Assembly (NCBI GenBank): GCA_026397405.1
Contig: JAPLUW010000001.1
Span: forward strand, 339,977 to 403,976
Source of the DNA: Candidatus Adlerbacteria bacterium
Lineage (GTDB): Bacteria; Patescibacteriota; Minisyncoccia; Phycocordibacterales; SBAW01
Direction of reading: 5' to 3'
DNA length: 64,000 nucleotides
Both the position numbers and the translations under genes were made by a program. Below, one piece after another: positions 47,840 to 57,937 of this stretch; position 1 is the stretch's first letter; each line of letters opens with the position of its first letter. The notes below the pieces were generated by a model that worked only from the letters and a program-made list of their open reading frames with translations, was not told where the DNA came from and made no database searches.

Positions 47840-48376
47840 ATGAAAAAAAATTCCAAAGGCTTTACTATATTTTTTGCAACATTGGTTGCGTCTTTGGCGC
47901 TGGCCATTGGTCTTGCTATCTACGACATAACCGTGCGCCAGCTTGACCTTGCAACCACGGTGATACAGTCGCAGTACGCAATTTACGCTGCCGACAGCGG
48001 TGCCGAATGCGCACTCTACTGGGACTCAAAATTTATTGGGGCAGGAAGTGCGTTTGCTACCTCGAGCGCTTCGACGTACCCAACATCAGGTGTTGTGTGT
48101 GGTGCATACGACATTGCCGCAAAAGGGACTCCGCCGACCCCGTTTGGTCCAGAACCTGGCGGGTGGGGTACATGGAATGTTGGATCTACCGACACTGCCG
48201 CGACTACTACATTTACATTAACCTTCCCGTCGTACTCGTACTGTGCACGCGTAGAGGTGGGGAAGGCGGTCAACAATTTGGGTATCGTGTCGACCACGAT
48301 ACGTTCGCACGGGTACAACACCTGTGCCAAAAACGCGCAAAATCAGCTGGAACGCGAGTTGAAAGTGAGCTATTAA
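47840..48376 (+). CDS. Pilin-like protein with a degenerate prepilin motif (KGFTIFF, no Glu5)
   Basis: N-terminal hydrophobic pilin-like helix. Position in the pilin array. Confidence 0.5.
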   Translation: MKKNSKGFTIFFATLVASLALAIGLAIYDITVRQLDLATTVIQSQYAIYAADSGAECALYWDSKFIGAGSAFATSSASTYPTSGVVCGAYDIAAKGTPPTPFGPEPGGWGTWNVGSTDTAATTTFTLTFPSYSYCARVEVGKAVNNLGIVSTTIRSHGYNTCAKNAQNQLERELKVSY

Positions 48377-48390
48377 AGGAAACCGTGTAG

Positions 48391-50418
<2,028 letters not shown>

Positions 50419-50433
50419 TGTACTATTGTTTTT

Positions 50434-50736
50434 ATGATTTCTAAGGAAGAAATAGAAAAGCTCGCGGAGCTCTCACGCTTAAAGCTGGGGGAGGAGGAGA
50501 TTGCCGCCCTGCAAAAGGATATTTCCAGTATTCTCGACTATGTGGGGCAGATTAGTGCTTTAGAGGGTGGAGAGATAAAAAAGGAAGTTGGCCTCAACCA
50601 CAACGTCATGCGGGAGGATATTCCCTATGTAAAAGAAAACCCGCTGCTTGAGTCGCGCGACGCGGTGCTCGAAGCATTGCCTAAGCGCGAAGGCGACTAC
50701 GCTGTCGTGCGAAAAATCTTACATAAAAATGACTAA
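50434..50736 (+). CDS. gatC: Asp-tRNA(Asn)/Glu-tRNA(Gln) amidotransferase subunit C
   Basis: 100 aa. GatC-like sequence (EEIEKLAELSRLKL...), located upstream of gatA. Confidence 0.75.
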   Translation: MISKEEIEKLAELSRLKLGEEEIAALQKDISSILDYVGQISALEGGEIKKEVGLNHNVMREDIPYVKENPLLESRDAVLEALPKREGDYAVVRKILHKND

Positions 50737-52165
50737 ATTAAACGAACTTTCAATAATAGAAGCATCTGCGAAGTTGCAAGCAGGAGAAATCACTGCGGTC
50801 GACTTGGCTCGTGCGTGCCTAGCAGAAATTGAGCGGGACAGGCCTGAAGGAACAGTAGACCGTCTCAATGCATACTTGGAAGTGTTTACTGACGTGGAAG
50901 AGCAGGCGAAGCAAGCAGACGAGCGCCGCAAAGCAGGAGAGTCGCATCCACTGCTCGGTATCCCGCTTGCTATCAAAGACAATATTTTAATTAAAGGTAA
51001 AAAAGTTTCTGCAGCAAGTAAGATGCTCGAGCACTACAGCGCAACCTATGACGCAACAGTCATTCAAAAATTAAAAGACGCGGGGACTGTCTTTCTTGGT
51101 CGTACCAACATGGACGAGTTTGCGCTCGGTGGCTCGACGGAAAATTCGGCATTCGGGCCAACTAAAAACCCGCATGATCCTACACGTGTTGCCGGTGGTA
51201 CATCAGGGGGCTCAGCCGCAGCAGTGGCGGCGCATATGTGCCTCGGAGCTTTGGGCACTGACACGGGCGGCTCGGTACGTAACCCAGCAAGTTTTTGCGG
51301 CGTGGTTGGTTTAAAACCAACGTACGGCACGGTGTCGCGCTCGGGGTTAATTGCTGCGGTGTCGTCGTTTGACCAAGCAGGGCCTATAACTAAAACAGTT
51401 GAAGATGCGAAATTAATTTTTGACACTATCCGCGGCAAAGATATTCTTGACGCAACTTCTATCGATGAAGATCTATACCCGAAACACACACAGAAAAAAA
51501 TTATAGGGGTCATCAAATTAAACGTTGAGACAGCAAAAGAAAATATGGATGCTGTTAACTCTACGGTTCAGGTATTCTCTGCGGCTATCAAAAAACTCGA
51601 AAATGAAGGATTTAAGATTGTAGAAATTAACTTGCCTTCAATGCAGCCCGCACTTGCGGCGTACTACATCACCAACTTTGCTGAAGTGTCGTCCAACCTG
51701 TCGCGCTTTGACGGTGTGCGCTACGGACTTTCACTTTCGGGCGAGTCACTTTTTGATGACTATGCAAAAAGTAGAGGGGAGGGGTTTGGTGCAGAAACCA
51801 GGCGACGTATTATTTTAGGCACCTACGTGCTTTCTGCTGGGTACTACGACGCATATTACGGAAAGGCTGTGGCTGCACGCGAGCAACTACGTAAAGAATT
51901 TGAACAGACGTTTAAAGATGTTGATGTTATTGCGACGCCAACAATGCCGACACCCGCGTGGAAGATTGGGGAAAAATCTGACCCACTTTCTGCCTACTTG
52001 GCTGACATTTTTACTGTGACCGCAAACCTAACGGGCAACCCGGCAATTTCTGTGCCCATGGGCACAGTCGACGGCCTTCCCGTTGGCATACAGTTTACTG
52101 CGGCGCATGGAGACGAAGAAACTTTGTTTCGGGTGGGGAAGAATGTAGCAGGCGAAGAAAAATAG
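50729..52165 (+). CDS. gatA: Glu-tRNA(Gln) amidotransferase subunit A (amidase signature family)
   Basis: Amidase signature GGSSGGSAAAVAA with the Ser-cisSer-Lys triad. Start at ATG 50729, overlapping the gatC end. Confidence 0.85.
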   Translation: MTKLNELSIIEASAKLQAGEITAVDLARACLAEIERDRPEGTVDRLNAYLEVFTDVEEQAKQADERRKAGESHPLLGIPLAIKDNILIKGKKVSAASKMLEHYSATYDATVIQKLKDAGTVFLGRTNMDEFALGGSTENSAFGPTKNPHDPTRVAGGTSGGSAAAVAAHMCLGALGTDTGGSVRNPASFCGVVGLKPTYGTVSRSGLIAAVSSFDQAGPITKTVEDAKLIFDTIRGKDILDATSIDEDLYPKHTQKKIIGVIKLNVETAKENMDAVNSTVQVFSAAIKKLENEGFKIVEINLPSMQPALAAYYITNFAEVSSNLSRFDGVRYGLSLSGESLFDDYAKSRGEGFGAETRRRIILGTYVLSAGYYDAYYGKAVAAREQLRKEFEQTFKDVDVIATPTMPTPAWKIGEKSDPLSAYLADIFTVTANLTGNPAISVPMGTVDGLPVGIQFTAAHGDEETLFRVGKNVAGEEK

Positions 52166-52188
52166 GGCGTACAATAGGAAGGTAATCT

Positions 52189-52764
52189 ATGTTCACTATC
52201 GACTTTGCAGCTATATTTACGCGCATCTACGAACTCGTGCATGGCACGCATGTCGACGTACACAGCCTCCAAAGCCAACTGATAAGCACGGCTAGTATTA
52301 TTGCGGTCGTAGGTTTAAGTCTGGCGCTTGTGATGCTTGTGACCTTAGTGTTTGTAAATATTCGTTTGCATGAGTTGGAGCATCATGGATTCCATGCGAT
52401 GGAAGTACACGACCATGCAGAGCACGAGCATGAAGTGGTGCACGAAGCAAAAAACCCACGCTGGGAAGCCGTGTCGATGCTTGCAAGTTCTGGAAACGAA
52501 AGCGACTGGCGCCGTGCAATTATGGAAGCCGACATTATGCTGTCGGTGTTGCTTAACGAAAAAGGCTACAGCGGTGCGACCCTGGGCGACCAATTAAAAA
52601 TGGCAAATCCGCTGCAATTTACCACCGTGGACATTGCATGGGAGGCGCACCGTATGCGCAATGCCCTGGCGCACTTGGGTGAAGCGTTTCCGTTGAGTGA
52701 GCGTGACGCACGCGCAACCATAGACCAATATCGCCGTGTATTTGAAGAGTTCGACTATATTTGA
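52189..52764 (+). CDS. Membrane-anchored protein with a His-rich linker and a C-terminal DUF4145/HEPN-like domain
   Basis: TM helix (IIAVVGLSLALVMLVTLVFV), followed by HELEHHGFHAMEVHDHAEHEHEVVHE. The C-terminus AWEAHRMRNALAHLG fits the R-x(4-6)-H / N..AH motif of DUF4145-type HEPN domains. Family assignment is tentative. Confidence 0.45.
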   Translation: MFTIDFAAIFTRIYELVHGTHVDVHSLQSQLISTASIIAVVGLSLALVMLVTLVFVNIRLHELEHHGFHAMEVHDHAEHEHEVVHEAKNPRWEAVSMLASSGNESDWRRAIMEADIMLSVLLNEKGYSGATLGDQLKMANPLQFTTVDIAWEAHRMRNALAHLGEAFPLSERDARATIDQYRRVFEEFDYI

Positions 52765-52808
52765 TAGACTCCTTTTATACGGGCGCGTGGCTCTGTAGCA
52801 GTGCAAAA

Positions 52809-52879
52809 TACTACATATAGCGGGGTGGAGGAGTAGTACCTCACAAGGCTCATAACCTTGGGACCCGGGTGCAAATCCC
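52809..52879 (+). tRNA. tRNA-Met (anticodon CAU), initiator-like
   Basis: Anticodon loop CTCATAA, unpaired 1:72 (A:A), A11:U24 in the D-stem, and a TGCAAAT T-loop. All of these are initiator hallmarks. Confidence 0.75.
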
Positions 52880-52884
52880 GGCCC

Positions 52885-52920
52885 CGCAACAAGATACAAA
52901 ACAGCCCCGCTCCTGCGGGA
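52885..52920 (+). terminator. Hairpin CAGCCCCGC-TCCT-GCGGGACTG followed by TTTTGT
   Basis: Near-perfect inverted repeat after the initiator tRNA. Confidence 0.45.
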
Positions 52921-52964
52921 CTGTTTTGTATTAACGGTTGAAGCAAAGGAGATAAAATGCTAGC

Positions 52965-53038
52965 GTGTCTGTACGTCGGTGTAGCTCAGGTAGTTAGAGC
53001 ATGGCACTCATAAAGCCAAGGTCGAAGGTGCAAGTCCT
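52965..53038 (+). tRNA. tRNA with CAU anticodon (elongator Met or Ile2/LAU)
   Basis: Acceptor GTCGGTG/CATCGAC, D-arm GCTC-AGGTAGTTAG-AGC, anticodon loop CTCATAA, T-arm GAAGG-TGCAAGT-CCTTC. Confidence 0.75.
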
Positions 53039-53120
53039 TCCATCGACACAAGTGAAAAGGTGATTGGAAAAAGGCGCATTCTGCGCTAGAATCGCTTTGT
53101 TCGCTTAAGGTTCCTCATTT

Positions 53121-53195
53121 GCGGCCATAGCTCAATTTGGTTAGAGCGCTTCCCTGTCACGGAAGAGGTTGCCGGTTCGAGTCCGGTTGGCCGCG
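53121..53195 (+). tRNA. tRNA-Asp (GUC)
   Basis: Acceptor GCGGCCA/TGGCCGC, anticodon loop CTGTCAC, T-arm GCCGG-TTCGAGT-CCGGT. Confidence 0.85.
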
Positions 53196-53228
53196 CATCA
53201 CATTTGCTGTGTACAATGGTAGGTACAC

Positions 53229-54512
53229 ATGAGCCCTCTCGCACGTTTACCGTATTCTGTTTCAAAATGGGCTGACCCATTTATTTTGTGCGCAACCACC
53301 TTGGTTGCATACTGGGCTTTTTCGCGTGCGCCCATTTCTAACCTGGTACTTGCGGCAGCTATTGTTGGGGCTGCCTCCAGTGTCATGACGCTGCTCGAAT
53401 GGGTACGGTTGCCAGTAGTGGCACAGAGGCAACCGCTATCAAAAATATTTTCACATTCTGTAACAACCTGGTTAGGTACGCTTGCAGGTCTCGCCCTCAC
53501 CTGTGCTTTGTGGGGAACGTTGGCAATATATCGCGACGCCTACTACGCGCCTTTTTTCGACATACTTCCACTCATTCTTATTGCGACACCCGTATTGAGC
53601 GCGTTGTTTATTCTTGCTGCAGATAGTTTACTGGGGCCATCAGTGCAGGGCGGCTATCAGCTCGGGCTCGTGTTGCTTGGACGTACGCGCGAGGTCAACT
53701 GGCACCTTGTGCGCGACAACCTGCTGATGTGGTTGCTGCGAGGGTTTTTCCTGCCGATAAATTTTTGCGAACTGGTGCGCGCTATGGGAGTATTTCGCGG
53801 ACACGAGCTTTCCTTGCTACAAGGGTCGTGGGTTGCGGGGGAGTATTACGCGCTGATTATGATATATGCCCTCATTATTGCTGCGGTAACCCCCGGCTAC
53901 TTGTTTGGTGCACGGCTTATTGGTACCGAAACAAAGGCAATAAGTTCTACCTGGTTTGCGTGGGTCGTCACACTCGCGTGCTACGCACCGTTTGAAGTTG
54001 TTGTGTTTAAAAATTGGTTTAACTACAACCCCGTGGCTGCAAGTCCTGTGTGGTTCCAGCCATGGGTGCAGCATCTGCAACATCTTCCCGCGGTGCTTGA
54101 AACGGTAGGCGGGGCTATTATACTTTTTGCACTTATACACTTGTGGGCCGAAGCGCAGTTTGGACTACGTTCGTCCAACATAAGCAACCGTGGAATTATT
54201 ACCACTGGTGCATACCGATTTTGTAAACACCCGGTGTATGCAACTAAATGCGCTGTGTGGTTTTTACTATGGATGCCGTTTGTCTCGGGCACTACAGCCT
54301 TCGACAGTCTGCGGCTGACATTTTTATTTGCCTGTGTGTGCGGAATATATATACTCCGCGCGCTTGCCGAAGAAAAGTTGTTGAGTGCCGACCCAGACTA
54401 TGTTTCCTATGCACTGTGGATGGATGAACACGGCACATTCAAATTCCTTGGTTCTCTTTTTCCGCCGCTCCGGTTTGCCTGGCGCTTGGCATATTGGCAA
54501 AAATTGAGGTAA
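53229..54512 (+). CDS. Polytopic membrane protein with a C-terminal ICMT/phospholipid-methyltransferase-like domain
   Basis: About 10 TM helices. The C-terminal motif GIITTGAYRFCKHPVYA resembles the isoprenylcysteine/phospholipid methyltransferase family (RHPxY). Confidence 0.55.
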   Translation: MSPLARLPYSVSKWADPFILCATTLVAYWAFSRAPISNLVLAAAIVGAASSVMTLLEWVRLPVVAQRQPLSKIFSHSVTTWLGTLAGLALTCALWGTLAIYRDAYYAPFFDILPLILIATPVLSALFILAADSLLGPSVQGGYQLGLVLLGRTREVNWHLVRDNLLMWLLRGFFLPINFCELVRAMGVFRGHELSLLQGSWVAGEYYALIMIYALIIAAVTPGYLFGARLIGTETKAISSTWFAWVVTLACYAPFEVVVFKNWFNYNPVAASPVWFQPWVQHLQHLPAVLETVGGAIILFALIHLWAEAQFGLRSSNISNRGIITTGAYRFCKHPVYATKCAVWFLLWMPFVSGTTAFDSLRLTFLFACVCGIYILRALAEEKLLSADPDYVSYALWMDEHGTFKFLGSLFPPLRFAWRLAYWQKLR

Positions 54513-54539
54513 GTTATAGAGGTTATTGTTTGAAGCAGT

Positions 54540-54612
54540 GCCGTTGTAGCTCAGCTGGTAGAGCAACTCCATGGTAAGGAGTAGGTCCCCGGTTCGATTC
54601 CGGGCAACGGCT
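54540..54612 (+). tRNA. tRNA-Thr (GGU)
   Basis: Acceptor GCCGTTG/CAACGGC, anticodon loop ATGGTAA. Confidence 0.8.
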
Positions 54613-54648
54613 CCCGATTGTAGTATGTCGGAGCCAAGAGGTTTGTTC

Positions 54649-54724
54649 GCCGAGGTAGCTCAGCTGGTAGAGCAGCGGTATCGTAAACCGCAGGTCGGGA
54701 GTTCGATCCTCCCCCTCGGCTCCA
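54649..54724 (+). tRNA. tRNA-Thr (CGU), with CCA encoded
   Basis: Acceptor GCCGAGG/CCTCGGC, anticodon loop ATCGTAA, 3' TCCA. Confidence 0.8.
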
Positions 54725-54750
54725 ATTTTTTAGAAAAGAAAAACCGCTGG

Positions 54751-55245
54751 TCAGGCGGTCCTCAATAGTTCGCTGAATAGCGACAGGTGATGGGGAAGGA
54801 AGTCTTTCATATACGAGACATCGCGTATAGGGAACGCTCGTGTCTCGAACAGTTCATCCTTGTCGGCGCCGTCAAACCGCTTGCCAGAAAGGTCAAGCAA
54901 ACGTTCGTCAGGCATTTTTATTTGGTAAAAGTACTGCTCATAAAAATTACCTGTAAGGAAGTTATGTAGAGTTATCGGTGGTCTGACCGAACTAACCCAC
55001 AGTGAGCTGTCGCCGATATCAGTGATAACTCCTAGCTCGTCATAGACGGCCCGGATACATAAACCACCTTCTTCCCACACTCCGCGCACAAGTGTGTGAA
55101 GAGGAAGTTCTCCAACTTTGCTTGTCTCGCCAATAAATTTCCAGAACAAACTTGGGTCAAGAATATTTTGAATGAGAAGGAGAAAGTTTGGGCTTCTAAT
55201 TGCGGCCATGACCGCAAACGAGCCCTCCTCATGTGTTTTCATGAT
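54751..55245 (-). CDS. NUDIX hydrolase
   Basis: Nudix box GETSKVGELPLHTLVRGVWEEGGL (Gx5-6Ex7R.UxEExGU pattern). Start at ATG 55245 (MKTHEEGSF...). Confidence 0.65.
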   Translation of the reverse strand: MMKTHEEGSFAVMAAIRSPNFLLLIQNILDPSLFWKFIGETSKVGELPLHTLVRGVWEEGGLCIRAVYDELGVITDIGDSSLWVSSVRPPITLHNFLTGNFYEQYFYQIKMPDERLLDLSGKRFDGADKDELFETRAFPIRDVSYMKDFLPHHLSLFSELLRTA

Positions 55246-55312
55246 GCACCTCTGTTTGCAAAATAGCAGCAAATGCCAAAAAGTCAACGGTGTGCTAAAG
55301 TAATTTTTACAT

Positions 55313-56188
55313 ATGCAGTCCAAGGAAGATATTCAAAAACGAATTGTAGAAATTGAAGCGGCAATGGAGCTCTCTGATTTTTGGAGCGTACCTGCGAAGG
55401 CTCAGAGCTTGATAAAAGAACTACAAGACTTAAAAGAAGCAGCTGAGGGTGGCGGCAAGTATGACAAAGGTAATGCGATTATTATGATCGTTGCAGGAGC
55501 GGGTGGTGACGATGCCGAAGACTTCGCCCACATGCTTTTGGAAATGTACAGAAAGTATTCTGAAAAGCGCGGATGGGGCATGCGCGCGCTGCACGCAAAT
55601 GAAAACGACCACGGTGGCTACCGTAATGTCACCGTGGAAGTCGAGGGTAAAAATGCGTACGGTACTCTACAAAAAGAATATGGCGTGCACCGTTTGGTGC
55701 GTATCTCGCCCTTTAATGCATCTAAAAAACGTCAGACCTCATTTGTACTTGTGGAAGTGTTGCCGGTGATAGAAAAAATTGGGAGTTTTGAAATACCTGA
55801 AAGCGAGCTCGAAATTACGTTTGCACGTTCAAGCGGGCCGGGCGGGCAAAACGTCAACAAACGCGAAACTGCCGTCCGCGTGGTGCATGTCGCAACGGGT
55901 ATCTCGGCACATGCCGACGGCGAACGCACGCAAGGTGCCAACAAGGAAAAAGCGCTGGCGATTGTTAAAGCAAAACTCTTTCACCTACTGGAAGCTCAGC
56001 GCAAGGAAACAGTTGCCGAACTTTCCACCAACATGAGCAAAATAGAATGGGGGAGCCAAATTCGTTCGTATGTGTTGCACCCATACAAACTTGTCAAAGA
56101 CCACCGCACCGGGGTGGAAGCCCACGATGCCGAAAAAGTGCTAGACGGTAACATCGAGCCGTTTTTAGAAGTGGAAAAGAGTTTATAG
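55313..56188 (+). CDS. prfB: Peptide chain release factor 2, minimal form without the programmed-frameshift leader
   Basis: SPF tripeptide motif (RISPFNASKKRQTSF) and GGQ motif (SGPGGQNVNKRE). 291 aa. There are only 67 nt to the divergent upstream gene, so no space exists for the N-terminal frameshift exon. Confidence 0.8.
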   Translation: MQSKEDIQKRIVEIEAAMELSDFWSVPAKAQSLIKELQDLKEAAEGGGKYDKGNAIIMIVAGAGGDDAEDFAHMLLEMYRKYSEKRGWGMRALHANENDHGGYRNVTVEVEGKNAYGTLQKEYGVHRLVRISPFNASKKRQTSFVLVEVLPVIEKIGSFEIPESELEITFARSSGPGGQNVNKRETAVRVVHVATGISAHADGERTQGANKEKALAIVKAKLFHLLEAQRKETVAELSTNMSKIEWGSQIRSYVLHPYKLVKDHRTGVEAHDAEKVLDGNIEPFLEVEKSL

Positions 56189-56237
56189 GTAGTTTGCCGT
56201 GGCGCCAAATAAGGTACAATAGGAAGGTTACATTTCT

Positions 56238-56918
56238 ATGATCTACTACGACCGTGTCAGTAAGGTATATGCCGACAGCTCTATCGCTCTTGAAGACGTG
56301 AGTTTTTCTGTCGAGCCAGGCGAGTTTATTTCTATAGTTGGGCACTCGGGTGCGGGCAAAACTACACTTGTAAAAATGCTGCTCGCTGAAGAAAAGCCTT
56401 CCTCAGGTTCTGTCTTTTTTGAATCGATAAACGTGCACGAAGTGCCGATGAACCGTATCAATCGCCTGCGCCGCAAAATGGGCACGGTCTTTCAAGACTT
56501 TCGTTTGCTTCCGCAAAAAACTGCGTACGAAAATATCGCCTTCGCTATGGAAGTTGCCGGTCGCCACGAAGACGAGATACGCTCCGACGTCCCGCATGTG
56601 CTCGACTTGGTCGACCTGGGTGACAAGGCAAACAATTTTCCAGACGAACTTTCAGGTGGCGAACAGCAGCGGGTTGCTATTGCGCGCGCTATTGTAAACC
56701 AACCCGACGTTATTATCGCCGACGAGCCCACAGGCAACCTCGACCCCGTCAACACGTTTGAAATTGTCCAGATTTTAAAAAAAATCAACGACCTAGGGAC
56801 AACTATCATTTTGACCACACACAACAAATGGGTTATTGACAGCCTTAAAAAACGCGTTATTACCATGGACCGCGGACGCGTGATACGCGACGACAGGGAA
56901 GGCAAATACATCTTGTAA
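56238..56918 (+). CDS. ftsE: Cell division ATP-binding protein FtsE
   Basis: ABC ATPase motifs: Walker [10 protein letters not shown], signature LSGGEQQR and Walker B IIADEP. Confidence 0.85.
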   Translation: MIYYDRVSKVYADSSIALEDVSFSVEPGEFISIVGHSGAGKTTLVKMLLAEEKPSSGSVFFESINVHEVPMNRINRLRRKMGTVFQDFRLLPQKTAYENIAFAMEVAGRHEDEIRSDVPHVLDLVDLGDKANNFPDELSGGEQQRVAIARAIVNQPDVIIADEPTGNLDPVNTFEIVQILKKINDLGTTIILTTHNKWVIDSLKKRVITMDRGRVIRDDREGKYIL

Positions 56919-56995
56919 CATAAGGAGCGCAGCGACTATATGTTGCTAGATGCCGCTTCCTAAGCGGCGATTATAATTGTAGTATACTAGAGAAC

Positions 56996-57928
56996 ATGAG
57001 CTGGGTCACAACTAAAAGAATTTTCCGTGCAGGGTTCCTCGACTTTTGGAGGAACGGCTTCGTCTCCCTCGCATCAATTCTTGTTATGACCGTCACACTT
57101 TTTGTGTTGGGGATGACGCTCTTTGCAGGTGTGATTTTAAATTCGGCACTTTCTGAACTGCGCAACAAGGCCGACGTCAATGTGTACTTTACAACGAGCG
57201 CACCTGAAGAGCAGATTTTACAATTGCAAAAGTCGCTGCAGGCACTGCCTGAAGTGCAGACAGTCGAATATGTCTCCGCAGGTGACGCGCTCGCAGCCTT
57301 CCGCGAGAGGCATCAAAACGACCAACTTACCCTGCAGGCTCTACAAGAGCTGGGCGACAACCCGCTTGGGGCTGTACTTAACATTCGCGCAAAAGATATT
57401 TCGCAATACGACGTTATAGCTAAATTTTTGCAACAACAACAAGCGCTTTCAAGCAGCCAAGCCGGCATTATAGACAAAGTAAATTACTTCGACGAACAAC
57501 ATCGCCAGGCCTTAAACCGTTTGCAACACATTAGCGACTCGGCAGCACGCTTGGGGCTCATAATTATACTTATCCTTGTGCTGACAACCGTCGCGATTTC
57601 CTTTAACACACTGCGGCTCGCTATTTACACATCGCGGGATGAGATCCAAGTGATGCGCTTGGTGGGTGCCGGGCAGTTTTATATTCGCGCACCGTTTATG
57701 GTCGAAGGCGTGCTGTACGGGCTTATCTCTGGTGTTATAACGCTCGTTATGTTTTACCCGCTGACATATTGGCTGGGGGAAGCAACCGCAAATTTCTTTG
57801 GCGGCGTTAATGTATTTTCCTACTACATCGGTAACTTCCTACTCTTCTTTGGTGTGCTTATTGGCACGGGGGTGGTCTTGGGTGCAGTGTCCAGCTACTT
57901 GGCGGTGCGTAGATATTTAAAGATTTAA
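56996..57928 (+). CDS. ftsX: Cell division permease FtsX
   Basis: Four-TM FtsX topology with a large extracellular loop. Located downstream of ftsE. Confidence 0.8.
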   Translation: MSWVTTKRIFRAGFLDFWRNGFVSLASILVMTVTLFVLGMTLFAGVILNSALSELRNKADVNVYFTTSAPEEQILQLQKSLQALPEVQTVEYVSAGDALAAFRERHQNDQLTLQALQELGDNPLGAVLNIRAKDISQYDVIAKFLQQQQALSSSQAGIIDKVNYFDEQHRQALNRLQHISDSAARLGLIIILILVLTTVAISFNTLRLAIYTSRDEIQVMRLVGAGQFYIRAPFMVEGVLYGLISGVITLVMFYPLTYWLGEATANFFGGVNVFSYYIGNFLLFFGVLIGTGVVLGAVSSYLAVRRYLKI

Positions 57929-57937
57929 TATTTTTGT

